DNA of 64,000 nucleotides from an uncultured Verrucomicrobiae bacterium (GCA_963806855.1 CAWDYW010000001.1:320001-384000), one strand, 5' to 3'. Counted from the stretch's first letter, positions 20,557 to 31,356 are shown. Numbers and translations are program-made. Notes: generated by a model not told the origin, from the letters alone.

Positions 20557-22167
20557 CTATTTAAATTTTTTATAAACAGCAACAGCTGCTTCGAGATGCT
20601 TGGTTATTTCTCCATCTGTTTTAATGGTTTCCCCGATTATTAATTTTTTGCAAATTTCATCTTCAAAAAAATGTCCCTTTTTATTTTCTTCTTTCAAACA
20701 TGGGCCTCGATCACCTTCCATCAATTCTGCAATTTGGAAAGCCGTTAATCCGTTGGATGCAGCAGCTTGCAGAAGTAATGTTGCAATTTTGATTCGAAAT
20801 AAATTTTGTTGCGGGATTTGTGGATATTCTTTTTGTAATAATTTAATATCATCATCAGGGTTTAGGCTTTTGATGTAATTCAAATCATTCCTAGAAAACC
20901 CCTGCTTAGTTTGAGGAAAGTACATCCAATTGAATCGAATCTGACGGGCATTTCCAGGCAAGGCGTAACCGTGATCGATTGGAAAAACTTTATAATTTTG
21001 ATCGACTAAAAAATTGCCCAAATGACGGTCGCAATTTAGGGTCCGAATATCCAAAATAGCAACTTTATGAATTTCATGTGCTGGAAGCTGAGTAGGTTGT
21101 CTCCAATCTAGCCATGCGAGGAATGTGGGCCATTGGTAAAGTTCAGCTGCTTTCCGATAATAATCTTGAATGTGATCACAAGCACTTATGCAATCTGGTA
21201 CGAATTGCTGCATCGATCCCTCATAGGAACCTAGGGCGCATCTTCGAAAGTGGCGTTTAGGAAATTTGCAATAATTGTTTCGGGGACATTGGAAAAATGA
21301 TCTTTATCCATAAGATATGCGAGGCGTTCGCGTACATAGCCCGTATTCCTTTTGATCCCAAATATAGCGGTTAATGCTTTGCTTCCAAATGAAGTAACTT
21401 CTAATGCTGAAGGTTTAAAGATAGCGATTTTATTTCCTTGCCGATTATGAAGGAAAAATGATCCATTAATTCCAGCTCCTTGTTCGCCCCCTGTGGGTTT
21501 AACTTTTATACCATTTTTGAGAGCGAGGGTTGCTTCAATAAACTGTGGGCGTTCGACAATATCTTCACCTGCTGTAATTCATCCGAATAGGGTGCGCCCA
21601 GACCTCGAACTGATTGGCAATAGGATCTTAAACGAGGTAAATGTTCTAAATACGATTTTGAGTGCGGATTTAATATCTCACTTTCTAAAGTTTCTCATCG
21701 CAAAATGCCACAAAAATCTTTCTGCTTATTGAATTAGTCACTGAGGCAGTGGTATTAACATTTGCATTGCATACCCAAAAATTTACGAAAAGGGACCAAG
21801 CTTTTGCCTCCATATCACTAATTGAATGTAGCTTTCCTTTTGAATCGGTTTCTATCCAAGTCTCTTCTTTTCTGTTTTCTATGAATTTGAAATTTTCACT
21901 TGCAAGAATAGCAGCAATACGACCTTCCTTTGGAAGATTTCCTAATCCATCTGGAACTGTAATCAGTTTTTTCACAAGATAATCGCTTACAATGATCCCC
22001 GCTAATGCAAATCCTAATCCGGAGAGAACTCCTGCTGTCGTTGCGCTCGCTGGTGAATTCTTGAAGGTACTTAATCCAAACTTAGATTTAGCATTAATAG
22101 CCACAGAGACGCCCAATGCGTAGAAAAATAGATTATTCCCTGTAACTCCGGTTAATTTTTTTAACAT
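20557..22167 (-). pseudogene. Type II phosphatidylinositol 4-kinase-like protein, split by about 3 frameshifts
   Basis: C-lobe NCDRHLGNFLV, PIDHGYALP; manual translation of 21230-21580 gives N-lobe GSFF..AIFKP..RERLAYLMD..VPET. Confidence 0.75.
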
Positions 22168-22340
22168 TTTGCCTGTCTCCTATAAGAAATTTATCTTCTC
22201 TTTTTGATGAATGGAAGAATTGTAAAATATGCTTTACATTTTTTTCAAGAATATGAGCTGAATGGAGAAAATTCTGTTCAGCGTAGTTTTAAGGAAAAGC
22301 CATGAGACGCTCTGTGCATATGCTCTGCAAGATTGGGTTG

Positions 22341-25046
22341 TTAGAAAACCCACTCGAGGCGGCCTTCCACTTCGTTGATGCTGGTTTTGGTGTTGTAGAG
22401 TCCTTTGTAGCCGACGACGAAGGAGAAGCCGTTGCAATGGGTCCACTTCAGACCGACTTCGGGCGAGCCGAGGTTGATCACGTCGTCATAGCTGGTCGCG
22501 CTGAAGACGCAGCTCTGGTCGGTGAAGTTTGCTTTTTGCTTGGACTTGGACAAGGGGAACTCGCCGACGTAGGAGAGGCCGATGAAGGGGGCGAAGCATG
22601 AGCAGGGGCAGTTGATCGAGTAGTAGGCTTTGAGGCCGGCTTCGGTGCGCAATAGGTTTTGGGTCTTGGAGCGGACGTCGAGGTTCAGGCTATTGGCGTG
22701 ACGCTCGTGGAAGGACTCGCGGCGCCAGTAGTGGTAGTCGAGGAGGGCGAAGGGCTCGAGGTTTACGCAGCAGCACTCCCAGTTGCCGCGGAGGCCGAGG
22801 TGGGAGGTGAGGAACCAGCCCCAGAAGTCGCTTTTGGCTCGTCGGTCGATGGTGCCGAAGAGGATGTGGCGGTTCATTTCATAGTCGGTGCCGCCGCCGA
22901 TGAAGGAGAGGTCGAGGTTGAAGTAGCACATTTTGAAGATGGCGTAGAGGGCGCCGTAGTAGCTGTCCATTTCTCCTTTGCCGCCATGGTGCTTCCAGTG
23001 GAGGTCGGTATGGGTGTAGCCGAAGCTCGCTCCGATGTAGTTGCAGGGGGTGAAGCAATAGTCGATTCCTGCGAGGACGCCGCCGGCGTTGGATTGGAAG
23101 GGACGTAGGTGGTCGAAGCGACTGTGGTTGTTGATGAAGTTGCCAAAGCCGTTGATCCAGATGTTGGTTTGGCATTCGCAGTTGCAGCAGTCGCGCGGTG
23201 AGCAGCAGAGCTCAAATTGGTATTGGGAGAGGAGGTTGACGACGTAGCTGTTGTTGCGGGCGTTGATTAGTTCGAGCGCGCCATACTGTGCAGGGGAGAT
23301 GTTGGTGAGGGCGCGGTTGACTTGGGCGTTCGTTAGGGTGCCGAGCTCTTGAACGACGAGGGCAAAATCGGAACCGGGGATGATGTTGGAGGTCGAAATG
23401 CAATTGGAGACGGCGCGGGCTGGGCTAGCGGTGATCAGCTGATCTTGGAAAAGGCGGTTGTTGAGGACGGTGGCAATCACGCTGCCATGGGTGGTGTTGA
23501 AATCGAGAACGCCAGCGAGGGGGCCGGTCGTTTCGATGCGGTCAAATTCTCCGATGGTGGGGCCGTCGATGATGAGGAACTGGGTGCCGGCGATGTAGTT
23601 ACCGGGATGGAGGTAGAGCTCAAGTGTCCCTCCGTTGAGGATGGCGTTTTTGCCGTGGATTTTGAGGGTGTTGTTATTGCTCTTCGCGCTTGGTTTGATG
23701 CTGACGGCGAGCGTGCCGGTTGGATGATTGATGAAATTCCCTCCGACTTCGGCATCGCCGGGCGTCACTTTTCCGTGGTTGATCAGATCGCCATTATGAT
23801 TGGATGGCCGAGCTCCCTGTCCGGATGGGATGTGGTGGATTTTGAAGGAGCCGGTGAGGTGTCCGTTTTCTTTGACTTCGACGGTGTTGAGGACGCTTCC
23901 GTCGAGATGGAGCTCGCCCTCTTCGATGATGGTGCGGCCGGTGTAGGTATTGTCGCCGGTAAGTTCGAGGCGGGCAGGTCCCCGTTTTGTCAGGCCGCCG
24001 AGGGTGGTGTCGCTATTTTCGATTCCGGGGGCAATTTTGCCGATATTTCCTGCAATTGGAGTTTCGAGTGTGAGATTTTTGGTGAGGTCAAAGGTGATTT
24101 TTCCTTCTGACATCATGAAGATGTCATGCCCTAGGCTGCTGGATGAACGGTTGCCATTGAAGCTGATCGATTCTTTAACGTTCAATTCGCCGCCAGTTTC
24201 GATGAAGATCGCTCCGCCAAGGCCAGCTCCGCTGCCGCCAGCACCATAGCGTGTTCCGGAGTTTGCGCCGAAGCCACCTCTGCCGCCGTCTTCATTGTTT
24301 GCGCCGCCACCGCCGCCGCCGAAGCCGCCATTGCCGCCGGGTCCACCCAATTTGCCGTCACTGGCACCTCCGCCGCCGCCGCCGCCAAATCCGCCGTGGC
24401 CGCCCCCTTGTGGAGAGCCGCCGCCGCCGCCGCCATAGCCGCCGCTGCCGCCGACGAGTGTGGTCTGGCCGTCGCCACCGGTTCCGCTGCCAAGGCCTGG
24501 TTCGTGACCGACGCTGGCATTTTCGCCATGCTCTTGAAATCCGCCGCCGCCGCCGCCTGCATTGTGGATGCCGGTCCCGCCCTTGCCGCCCATACCGCCG
24601 CCGCCGCCGCTGCTCGAATTGAGGATGGGGTCATTGGAGGCTCCAACTCCGCCAATGGCTGAGCAGCCATCGAATGCGCAGTTTTGCAGGGTGACGATGC
24701 TGTGCTTGCCGACAAAAAGTCCGCCGCCAGCGCCGAGTCCGCCGCCGCCGCCGCTATGCCCATCGCCCCCTTTTGCTGAGGTTTTATTGAATGTGAGGTC
24801 GTGGATGGCGATGTCGCCGCTGCTGATGAAGAGCCCTTTTCCTTCGAGGTCGAAGTGATTGCCGCTGACTGTGAAGCTTTGTCCAGTAAAAATGGGAGGG
24901 GAGAGCAGTTTGATATCACGTGTGAAATTAAGGATTTTTTCTCCTTCGTTGATCGCCAAATTAAGGCTTTCAGAATTGCCAACATCAAGGGCAAAGAGTT
25001 GAGGAGCAAGGGAAAGACATAGCAAGCAGTTTGTGAATTTAGACAT
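22341..25046 (-). CDS. Autotransporter with glycine-rich passenger domain
   Basis: Signal peptide; Gly-rich repeats; PATR motif GGLTKRGPARLELTGDNTYTG; C-terminal barrel with Cys-rich loops ending EWVF. Confidence 0.92.
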   Translation of the reverse strand: MSKFTNCLLCLSLAPQLFALDVGNSESLNLAINEGEKILNFTRDIKLLSPPIFTGQSFTVSGNHFDLEGKGLFISSGDIAIHDLTFNKTSAKGGDGHSGGGGGLGAGGGLFVGKHSIVTLQNCAFDGCSAIGGVGASNDPILNSSSGGGGGMGGKGGTGIHNAGGGGGGFQEHGENASVGHEPGLGSGTGGDGQTTLVGGSGGYGGGGGGSPQGGGHGGFGGGGGGGASDGKLGGPGGNGGFGGGGGGANNEDGGRGGFGANSGTRYGAGGSGAGLGGAIFIETGGELNVKESISFNGNRSSSSLGHDIFMMSEGKITFDLTKNLTLETPIAGNIGKIAPGIENSDTTLGGLTKRGPARLELTGDNTYTGRTIIEEGELHLDGSVLNTVEVKENGHLTGSFKIHHIPSGQGARPSNHNGDLINHGKVTPGDAEVGGNFINHPTGTLAVSIKPSAKSNNNTLKIHGKNAILNGGTLELYLHPGNYIAGTQFLIIDGPTIGEFDRIETTGPLAGVLDFNTTHGSVIATVLNNRLFQDQLITASPARAVSNCISTSNIIPGSDFALVVQELGTLTNAQVNRALTNISPAQYGALELINARNNSYVVNLLSQYQFELCCSPRDCCNCECQTNIWINGFGNFINNHSRFDHLRPFQSNAGGVLAGIDYCFTPCNYIGASFGYTHTDLHWKHHGGKGEMDSYYGALYAIFKMCYFNLDLSFIGGGTDYEMNRHILFGTIDRRAKSDFWGWFLTSHLGLRGNWECCCVNLEPFALLDYHYWRRESFHERHANSLNLDVRSKTQNLLRTEAGLKAYYSINCPCSCFAPFIGLSYVGEFPLSKSKQKANFTDQSCVFSATSYDDVINLGSPEVGLKWTHCNGFSFVVGYKGLYNTKTSINEVEGRLEWVF

Positions 25047-25079
25047 CAGGATACCTTGTGTTTCGCAGAAAAAACAATT

Positions 25080-25487
25080 CTACGATTTTTTGAGGTAAAA
25101 CACAACAAGTGCTGTAACGACGACTGTAATTCGTAGCGCGATCAAATAGGGAACAAGATTGACGTCCCGATATTTATAAGCCAGCGCAGGGGATATCACT
25201 GAGCCGAATAAACTCAGGACGAAATGATTTGTTCTTTCTGTGATGTAGTGTTTAGTCGGTTGAAATATCGATGAATTCCAATCCCAGGTGAAAAGGGCAT
25301 GCAAACTACCGAAGGTAACTGCAATAATGGCAAAGGGCAAAACTACCAGATTGATGATCATATCGCAGAGATAGGAGAGGCGGGCGGAAATGGAACATCT
25401 CCAAGAGTCGGCGATTTCGCCAAGCTCCCACTTCTCCCAAGATTGGGCCATTTGGGAATTGGCCACGTCGTAAAAGCGATTTTCCAT
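25080..25487 (-). CDS. Small membrane protein
   Basis: 135-aa ORF directly downstream of pbp2; hydrophobic segments. Confidence 0.6.
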   Translation of the reverse strand: MENRFYDVANSQMAQSWEKWELGEIADSWRCSISARLSYLCDMIINLVVLPFAIIAVTFGSLHALFTWDWNSSIFQPTKHYITERTNHFVLSLFGSVISPALAYKYRDVNLVPYLIALRITVVVTALVVFYLKKS

Positions 25488-25496
25488 ATCTTAATC

Positions 25497-28400
25497 TTAA
25501 TGCGCAGCTTTAATTTCGCGCCACTTTTCAATTAGCCGCGCAACGATCGGCGCTCCTTGCCTTCCTGCTAAGCCGAAGCGTAAGTAGACGACGACGACAA
25601 GTTCGGGATTAAGGCGGGCATCATCTTCAAACGAGATGGCGCCAAACTGGGTGTGCTTTTCCATTACAGCTTTCGTGCCGGCATCGATCGTCGGCTTGTA
25701 GAGGATTTCGGCTGTTCCGGTTTTGCCGAGGATTTGAGGGTGAAGCCGCTTATAGGCGTTGAGCGCTGCTTTGTTGTGGTGATCAGCGCGCATCAAGCTC
25801 AGGCGTGCTGTCCCTTTTTCCCCATTCGTGACCATTTCCATCCCTTCGAGCAATTTCTCGCGGATCTCTTTCGGAAAAAAAATCGTATTTGAGACGATGG
25901 GCTCTTGAAAATCGATGAAGCCTTCATCGACAGTTGCCAGATTTTTGGTGAAGAGGGGGAAGGGGATGCCGATCCGACTTAGCGCCTCTTTATGAGGATA
26001 GCTTTCGAGGGAGAAGGGAGAATGGTCGGGATTTTTTCCGGCAGCGAGTTTGAGGATTTGGGGCTTAAGCACTTGGCCCCCATTGGCAATTGCGGACAAC
26101 ATGACTGCCGTTTGAAGAGGGGTGGCAACAAGGGAGTGTTGTCCGATGGCAAAAGAATAGAGCCCAGACTTATTTTGCATGATGTCGTCTGGTAGTACGC
26201 CGGCATATTCGCCTGGAAGATCGATCCCCGTTTTGCTTCCCATTCCAAATTCGATCGTGGTGTTGAGCAGGGTTGCTGGGCTTTTTAGGAAATCGCCTGC
26301 GAGAATCGAGAAGTACATGTTGCTCGTCCGTTCGATCGCTCTGACTAGATCGATCTCTCCCACTTTGAGATAAGCAGCTCGCGGCAGCCGGCCCCCTTTG
26401 TAGAGCCTTTTGATTGGAGTCCCATCTTGAAAATAACCGAGCACTTGGTCATTACTGCCAGGGCGCGCGGTCCATTGGAGATCGTCGGTGATGGTGAAGG
26501 GATTGAGGTTGGAGGCGCCGCGGATATACTGCTGTCTGAGAGCTGCATAGGAGGTGACAAGTTTGAAAATCGAACCCATCGGAGTTGCTTGGCGGAAGGC
26601 AAGTGAGCGTCCGAGGCCAAAGCCGGTTACGGGGTAGAATGCTGCAGCCAGATGCTTTTGATATTGTACCCCATTGGTATGGCGTAGTGTTCGATACTTC
26701 CCAATTAGAGGGCGGTCGAGATCGTCGTAGGTGCGAAGCGCTTGTAAGTAGTGCAGGCGATCGCTTTTTTCTAAGGGTTCGAGCAAATTTTTCAGCGAGT
26801 CGAGCAGCGGATCGGCACCGGCATTTTCTAAGATAAAGGCATAGAGCAGATCCCATCGATTTTTGTCCCAGTGATTTTGAAACATCTCGGTTTCTTGTTT
26901 CTCTAAATATTCGGTATAGGGACGGGCATATCGCTTGTGAGCTTTTTCTTTTTTTCGTTTTTCTTTAATGAATTGATGAAAATTTTCTTCGCGCCATTTC
27001 TTGAACTCGCAATTGTGAAATGATTCTCGCGCAAATTCTTTGAGTGGTTCGAGTTGGCGGGCAATCGTTTGTGAGTAGAGACGAAATTCCGATAGAGATT
27101 GCTCGCCAACCTGCTGCAAAAGCGAGGGGGTGAAACACTCCTTTTTGACTACCATTTGGATCAGGTCCATGAAGAGTTGCTTGTCTTTCTCTTCAGGAAT
27201 CGGATCTAGGTAGGGGATGTTGTTGTCTCCCTCTTGAAGATGCACCGCTTTGGATAGGGTCGAAACGGCGTCGATGCTGCTCCGAATGGGAGCATCTTTT
27301 GGCAAAATCGTATTGAGATAGAGTTCCCATGTGAGCAGCTTCTCCTCGATATAAAATTCCCCATCGGCAAAGTATTCGCGCTGCATTGGGCGCTTGCCAT
27401 CCCAGATCTCGCCGACATAGGCCTCGCTCTCGAGCCATTGGATGATAGACGAGCGCTTTGCTTTACGTTTTTCCGCTGTTTGCGCCGGGATGAGATCATT
27501 GGGATTGAAGCGGGGGTAGGAGGCCAGAGCGAGGATTTCACCCGTCTTGGGATTCATCACCACAATCGCGCCTCCTCGTTGCCAGGGAGGATGAGAACGT
27601 TTGGAATCGGCTTTGTCCCTCTTCTCTTGTAAGAGCTCATATTCTGCAAGCAGCTTTTCAGCTTCGAGCTGCAACTCGGCAGATAGGCTTAAGATGAGTC
27701 GCTCGCCAGGCGCCGGAGCTTTCCCGCCGGGGAGTTCACGCAGCGGATTGCCCTTGATGTCGATCTCATAAATTTTTTTACCGACCCGGCCATGCAAACG
27801 CTCGTCAAAAAAAGCCTCCACCCCGCTTTTGCCCACCTGATCATTGATCGTATAGGCCCGTTCTTGCAGCTCTTGCAGACGCCTTTTTACCTCTTGCGGA
27901 CTGGTGAAGCCCTCGGGAAGAAACGCCGCGTTGCCCGCTTCGTGTTCGGACAGATAGTGCTTAAGCTCCTCAATTTCAGAGGCGATTTTCAAATATTCCT
28001 GCTGCCCGATGGCCCCCATGTAGCCGATCACATCGCAAGCCAGTTTCCCTTGAGGATAGACCCGTTTTGCCGCCCGCTGCATCTTCAGGCCCGGCCAATC
28101 CTTCTCCATCATTTTGAGCTCGAGGTAGAGTTTTTCGGAGATATCTTCCTTGAGGACAAAGGGAGTGTGGGGGAAAAGGCATGCCTTGCTTTGGATCGTA
28201 TCTTCGATCACCTGAGGATCCATCTCCAGAGCTTGAGCCAGGCGGCTCGAAATTTTCTTTATATATTCTTGCCGCGCCATTACCCGCTTTTTCTTTCCCC
28301 GCTCATCTTTCTCCCAGATGACACTGGGAATTTGCCGGACATCGCAATAGCAGATCGCCGCATTGTACTGCATTTTATTGACAGCTAAGGGGATATTGAA

Positions 28401-28589
28401 CCGATCGCGGATGCTGCCCCGCTCGACCCGCTCGATGACGCTGCGCCTTTGCGGTTTGAGCGATTCTTGGTAGTGCAGATCATATTGGATCACACTCAAG
28501 TACCAAACGCGGACAAGGATCAGCAGCAAGACGACAAGGAAAAAGTTGAGTATGCGGCCGGTTCGCCTGGAGACACTTGATGCATTCAT
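25497..28589 (-). CDS. mrdA: Penicillin-binding protein 2 (chlamydial type, large insertions)
   Basis: RGSIRDRF, GKSGVE, SIFK (SxxK), TSN, KTGT; start moved to 28589 because the longer ORF overlaps tRNA-Gly. Confidence 0.92.
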   Translation of the reverse strand: MNASSVSRRTGRILNFFLVVLLLILVRVWYLSVIQYDLHYQESLKPQRRSVIERVERGSIRDRFNIPLAVNKMQYNAAICYCDVRQIPSVIWEKDERGKKKRVMARQEYIKKISSRLAQALEMDPQVIEDTIQSKACLFPHTPFVLKEDISEKLYLELKMMEKDWPGLKMQRAAKRVYPQGKLACDVIGYMGAIGQQEYLKIASEIEELKHYLSEHEAGNAAFLPEGFTSPQEVKRRLQELQERAYTINDQVGKSGVEAFFDERLHGRVGKKIYEIDIKGNPLRELPGGKAPAPGERLILSLSAELQLEAEKLLAEYELLQEKRDKADSKRSHPPWQRGGAIVVMNPKTGEILALASYPRFNPNDLIPAQTAEKRKAKRSSIIQWLESEAYVGEIWDGKRPMQREYFADGEFYIEEKLLTWELYLNTILPKDAPIRSSIDAVSTLSKAVHLQEGDNNIPYLDPIPEEKDKQLFMDLIQMVVKKECFTPSLLQQVGEQSLSEFRLYSQTIARQLEPLKEFARESFHNCEFKKWREENFHQFIKEKRKKEKAHKRYARPYTEYLEKQETEMFQNHWDKNRWDLLYAFILENAGADPLLDSLKNLLEPLEKSDRLHYLQALRTYDDLDRPLIGKYRTLRHTNGVQYQKHLAAAFYPVTGFGLGRSLAFRQATPMGSIFKLVTSYAALRQQYIRGASNLNPFTITDDLQWTARPGSNDQVLGYFQDGTPIKRLYKGGRLPRAAYLKVGEIDLVRAIERTSNMYFSILAGDFLKSPATLLNTTIEFGMGSKTGIDLPGEYAGVLPDDIMQNKSGLYSFAIGQHSLVATPLQTAVMLSAIANGGQVLKPQILKLAAGKNPDHSPFSLESYPHKEALSRIGIPFPLFTKNLATVDEGFIDFQEPIVSNTIFFPKEIREKLLEGMEMVTNGEKGTARLSLMRADHHNKAALNAYKRLHPQILGKTGTAEILYKPTIDAGTKAVMEKHTQFGAISFEDDARLNPELVVVVYLRFGLAGRQGAPIVARLIEKWREIKAAH

Positions 28590-28654
28590 CCCCAGATTTT
28601 TACCATTTTTCTTGGAAAAAAAGGAAGGATTGAGTAAAAATGGTATCCAATTGC

Positions 28655-28725
28655 GCGCCTGTGGTTCAATGGTAGAACTATAGCCTTCCAAGCTATAAGC
28701 GTCAGTTCGATTCTGACCAGGCGCT
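28655..28725 (+). tRNA. tRNA-Gly(TCC)
   Basis: Acceptor GCGCCTG/CAGGCGC; anticodon loop CTTCCAA; GTTCGATT T-loop. Confidence 0.95.
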
Positions 28726-28763
28726 ATCCTATGCAAAGTGCTAGGACTCTAAAAATATATAGA

Positions 28764-28932
28764 AGACTGGTGTCGAACTAAGGCTTCGTCGATTTTCGGG
28801 ATTATTTTGGCCGATTTTTGATTCTAATTCGGGGGGTCATATGCGGGAGCTTGATATTACCCCCCGAATTAGAATCGAAAATCGGCTCAAAAGAACCCGA
28901 AAATCGACAGAAGATTAGTTCGACACCAGTCT
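28764..28932. repeat. 169-bp palindromic element (RPE/MITE-like)
   Basis: Arms AGACTGGTGTCGAACTAA...TTAGTTCGACACCAGTCT pair almost throughout around an 11-nt loop. Confidence 0.9.
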
Positions 28933-28996
28933 CGAAACCAAGACTGAAATCTTTCTTCTGGAAAGATGCCGTCGTCAACAACAAAAGGGACAAGGC

Positions 28997-29782
28997 TTGG
29001 CTAACAAAGCTGTTACAATTAAAGACCTACTTGAAAGTGGAGCTCATTTTGGGCACCAGAAGCACCGTTGGAATCCCAAAATGAAGCGATTCATTTTCGA
29101 GGAGCGCAACGGAATCTATCTCATTGATCTCGCAAAAACGATGCAGCAAATCCGCAAAGGAGCTGAAATTGTGCGAGAGACAACGAAAAATCGAAAATCC
29201 ATTCTCTTCGTCGGAACAAAGAAGCAAGCGAAAAGCGTTGTGCGCGAATGTGCCGAAGAAGCTGGCGAATTCTACGTCTGCGAACGTTGGCTCGGCGGGA
29301 TGCTGACCAACCTCTCGACTATCCGCAATTCGGTGAAATCTCTCGAAAGAATCGAAAAAGTACTCGCGGCTGGCGGAGAAGGGCTCACAAAGAAAGAGAT
29401 CTCCCTAATGGGTAAAGACCTGGGCAAACTCGATCGCAACCTGTCAGGAATTCGCGCAATGCGCAAACCTCCTGGACTCGTCATTTTGGTCGACCCCTCA
29501 CGCGAGCATATCGCAGTGAAAGAAGCGAAAAAGTTGGGTATCCCCATTCTTGGACTCGTCGATACCAACTGCGACCCAGACCCGATTGACCACGTCATCG
29601 CCTGTAACGACGACACCCTCAAGGGCATTAAACTCATCCTCGGCTATTTGACACAGCAGATCATCGATGTAAAAAATGAGATGAATATCGGCCGTTTGAA
29701 AGCAGGTGAGGAAGCCGGAGAAGTTGGCATGGAAGTTGAAGAGCAATCCCCTGAGCTCGAAGAAAAGTTGAGAGGAGAGTAA
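28997..29782 (+). CDS. rpsB: 30S ribosomal protein S2
   Basis: GAHFGH..RWNPKM, RWLGGMLTN, VDTNCDP; TTG start. Confidence 0.98.
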   Translation: MANKAVTIKDLLESGAHFGHQKHRWNPKMKRFIFEERNGIYLIDLAKTMQQIRKGAEIVRETTKNRKSILFVGTKKQAKSVVRECAEEAGEFYVCERWLGGMLTNLSTIRNSVKSLERIEKVLAAGGEGLTKKEISLMGKDLGKLDRNLSGIRAMRKPPGLVILVDPSREHIAVKEAKKLGIPILGLVDTNCDPDPIDHVIACNDDTLKGIKLILGYLTQQIIDVKNEMNIGRLKAGEEAGEVGMEVEEQSPELEEKLRGE

Positions 29783-29784
29783 CG

Positions 29785-30634
29785 ATGACCAAAAGCAGCG
29801 CTGAATTAGTAAAAGAATTGCGCGACCGAACCGGCGTCGGGATGGCAAAGTGCAAAGTGGCTCTTGATGAAGCTGGCGGTAACATCGAAAAAGCGATTGA
29901 GAACCTGCGTAAGCAGGGGCTCGCTTCTGCTGTCAAGAAAGAGGGGCGCGAGGCGAAAGAAGGGCTGATCGCCATCGGCGAGAGCGATAAAGCAGTCGCC
30001 TTTGTCGAAGTCAATTCTGAGACCGATTTTGTTGCTCAGAACGAAAAATTCAGACACTTCCTTAGAGATTTAGCAAACGAAGCGGCTGAACTGCTTCCCA
30101 AATCACTTGAGGCTTTTCTCGCACATAAGAGCAAGCTCGATCCTTCTCTCACCATCGATGAGTATCGCGCCCTCATGGTGCAGAGCCTCGGAGAAAATAT
30201 TCAGATTAAGCGAATCAAGATCCTCCCCAAAGCATGCCGATGTTTCAATCGGGGTGTACTCTCACATGGGTGGAAAAATCGCAACTGCCGTCGAAATGAC
30301 AGGCGGCCGCGGAAATGAGGTGCTTGCACGTGACATCGCGATGCATGTTGCTGCTGAATCTCCTGAATATTTGAAGCCAGAAGATGTTCCTGAAGAAATT
30401 AAAGAGCGGGAAAAAGAAATCGGCCGGAGCCAAGTCAAAGGCAAGCCTGCAGAAATCGTCGAGAAAATCGTCGAAGGTAAATTGAAAGCCTTTTATGACC
30501 AGTTCTGCATCCTCAACCAAAAATATGTCAAAAATAACGAAGTGACCATCACACAACTTTTGGAAGCAGAATCGAAAGCCACTAAGAAGCCCTTAGGAAT
30601 TAAAGCCTTTTTGAGGTGGCAAGTAGGAGAATAG
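29785..30634 (+). CDS. tsf: Elongation factor Ts (single frameshift near 30230, likely a sequencing error)
   Basis: VKELRDRTG, EVNSETDFV; C-terminal half (IAMHVAA) continues in another frame. Confidence 0.95.
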
Positions 30635-30635
30635 T

Positions 30636-31354
30636 ATGGCCGCCCCGCAATACAAGCGCGTAGTTCTAAAGCTCTCTGGAGAAGCCCTGATGGGTGCCCA
30701 GGACTTTGGAATGGACCATTTTGCTTGTGAGCATATCGCCAAATCAGTCAAAGAAATTTGCGAGATGGGATTGCAAGTATGCATCGTAGTGGGGGGCGGC
30801 AATATCTTCCGAGGCAGACAAGCTGCCGAATTTGGGTTCGAGCAGACCCCTGCCGACCATATCGGCATGCTCGCCACCATGATCAACGGCCTCATCCTCC
30901 AGCAATCGCTCGCCCGTCTCGGCATCGAGAGCCAAGTGATGAGCGCCATCACCTGCACCCTCATTGCTGAGAGCTACCAATGGACCCATGCCGTCCATGC
31001 CCTCCATAAAGGGCGAGTCGTCATCTTCGTCGGCGGCACCGGCAATCCCTACTTCACTACTGACACCGCAGCCGCCCTCCGTGCTAGCGAAGTCAACGCA
31101 GAAATCCTGCTCAAAGGACCAAAGTCGATGGCATCTACGACAAAGACCCTGTTCATTTTCCCAATGCGAAAAAATTCGATCAACTGACATTCTCAGAAGC
31201 CCTTTCCAAAAATCTCAAATTCATGGATGCTACAGCACTAGCCCTTTGCCGAGAGAATGGCATCCCCGTCTACGTTTTTGACCTCTTCGAAGAAGGGGCC
31301 CTACGAAAAGCGGTTACGTCAAGTAAAGGCGGATCACTAGTTACCGGAGATTAA
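30636..31354 (+). CDS. pyrH: UMP kinase (frameshift near 31117)
   Basis: LKLSGEAL, GGGNIFRG, GTGNPYFTTD; TKVDGIY continues in a shifted frame to TAA 31354. Confidence 0.95.
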
Positions 31355-31356
31355 AC

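Noticed and set aside
19524..22495. Diversity-generating retroelement TR/VR pair
   Set aside because: The mismatches are synonymous and not adenine-specific, and there is no reverse transcriptase in the window.
18637..22495. CRISPR array or classical integron attC array
   Set aside because: The repeats are coding gene ends of unequal length, kilobases apart and not palindromic; no cas or intI gene is present.
24230..24770. GCC microsatellite-like tracts
   Set aside because: These are poly-Gly codons of the passenger domain.
22302..25022. Many overlapping ORFs across the autotransporter
   Set aside because: Shadow frames of a GC-rich, Gly-codon-rich gene.
28590..28736. Extended N-terminus of PBP2 in the ORF track
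   Set aside because: It overlaps tRNA-Gly on the opposite strand; ATG 28589 precedes the TM anchor.
28802..29084. Short ORFs upstream of rpsB
   Set aside because: They read through the palindrome and overlap rpsB.
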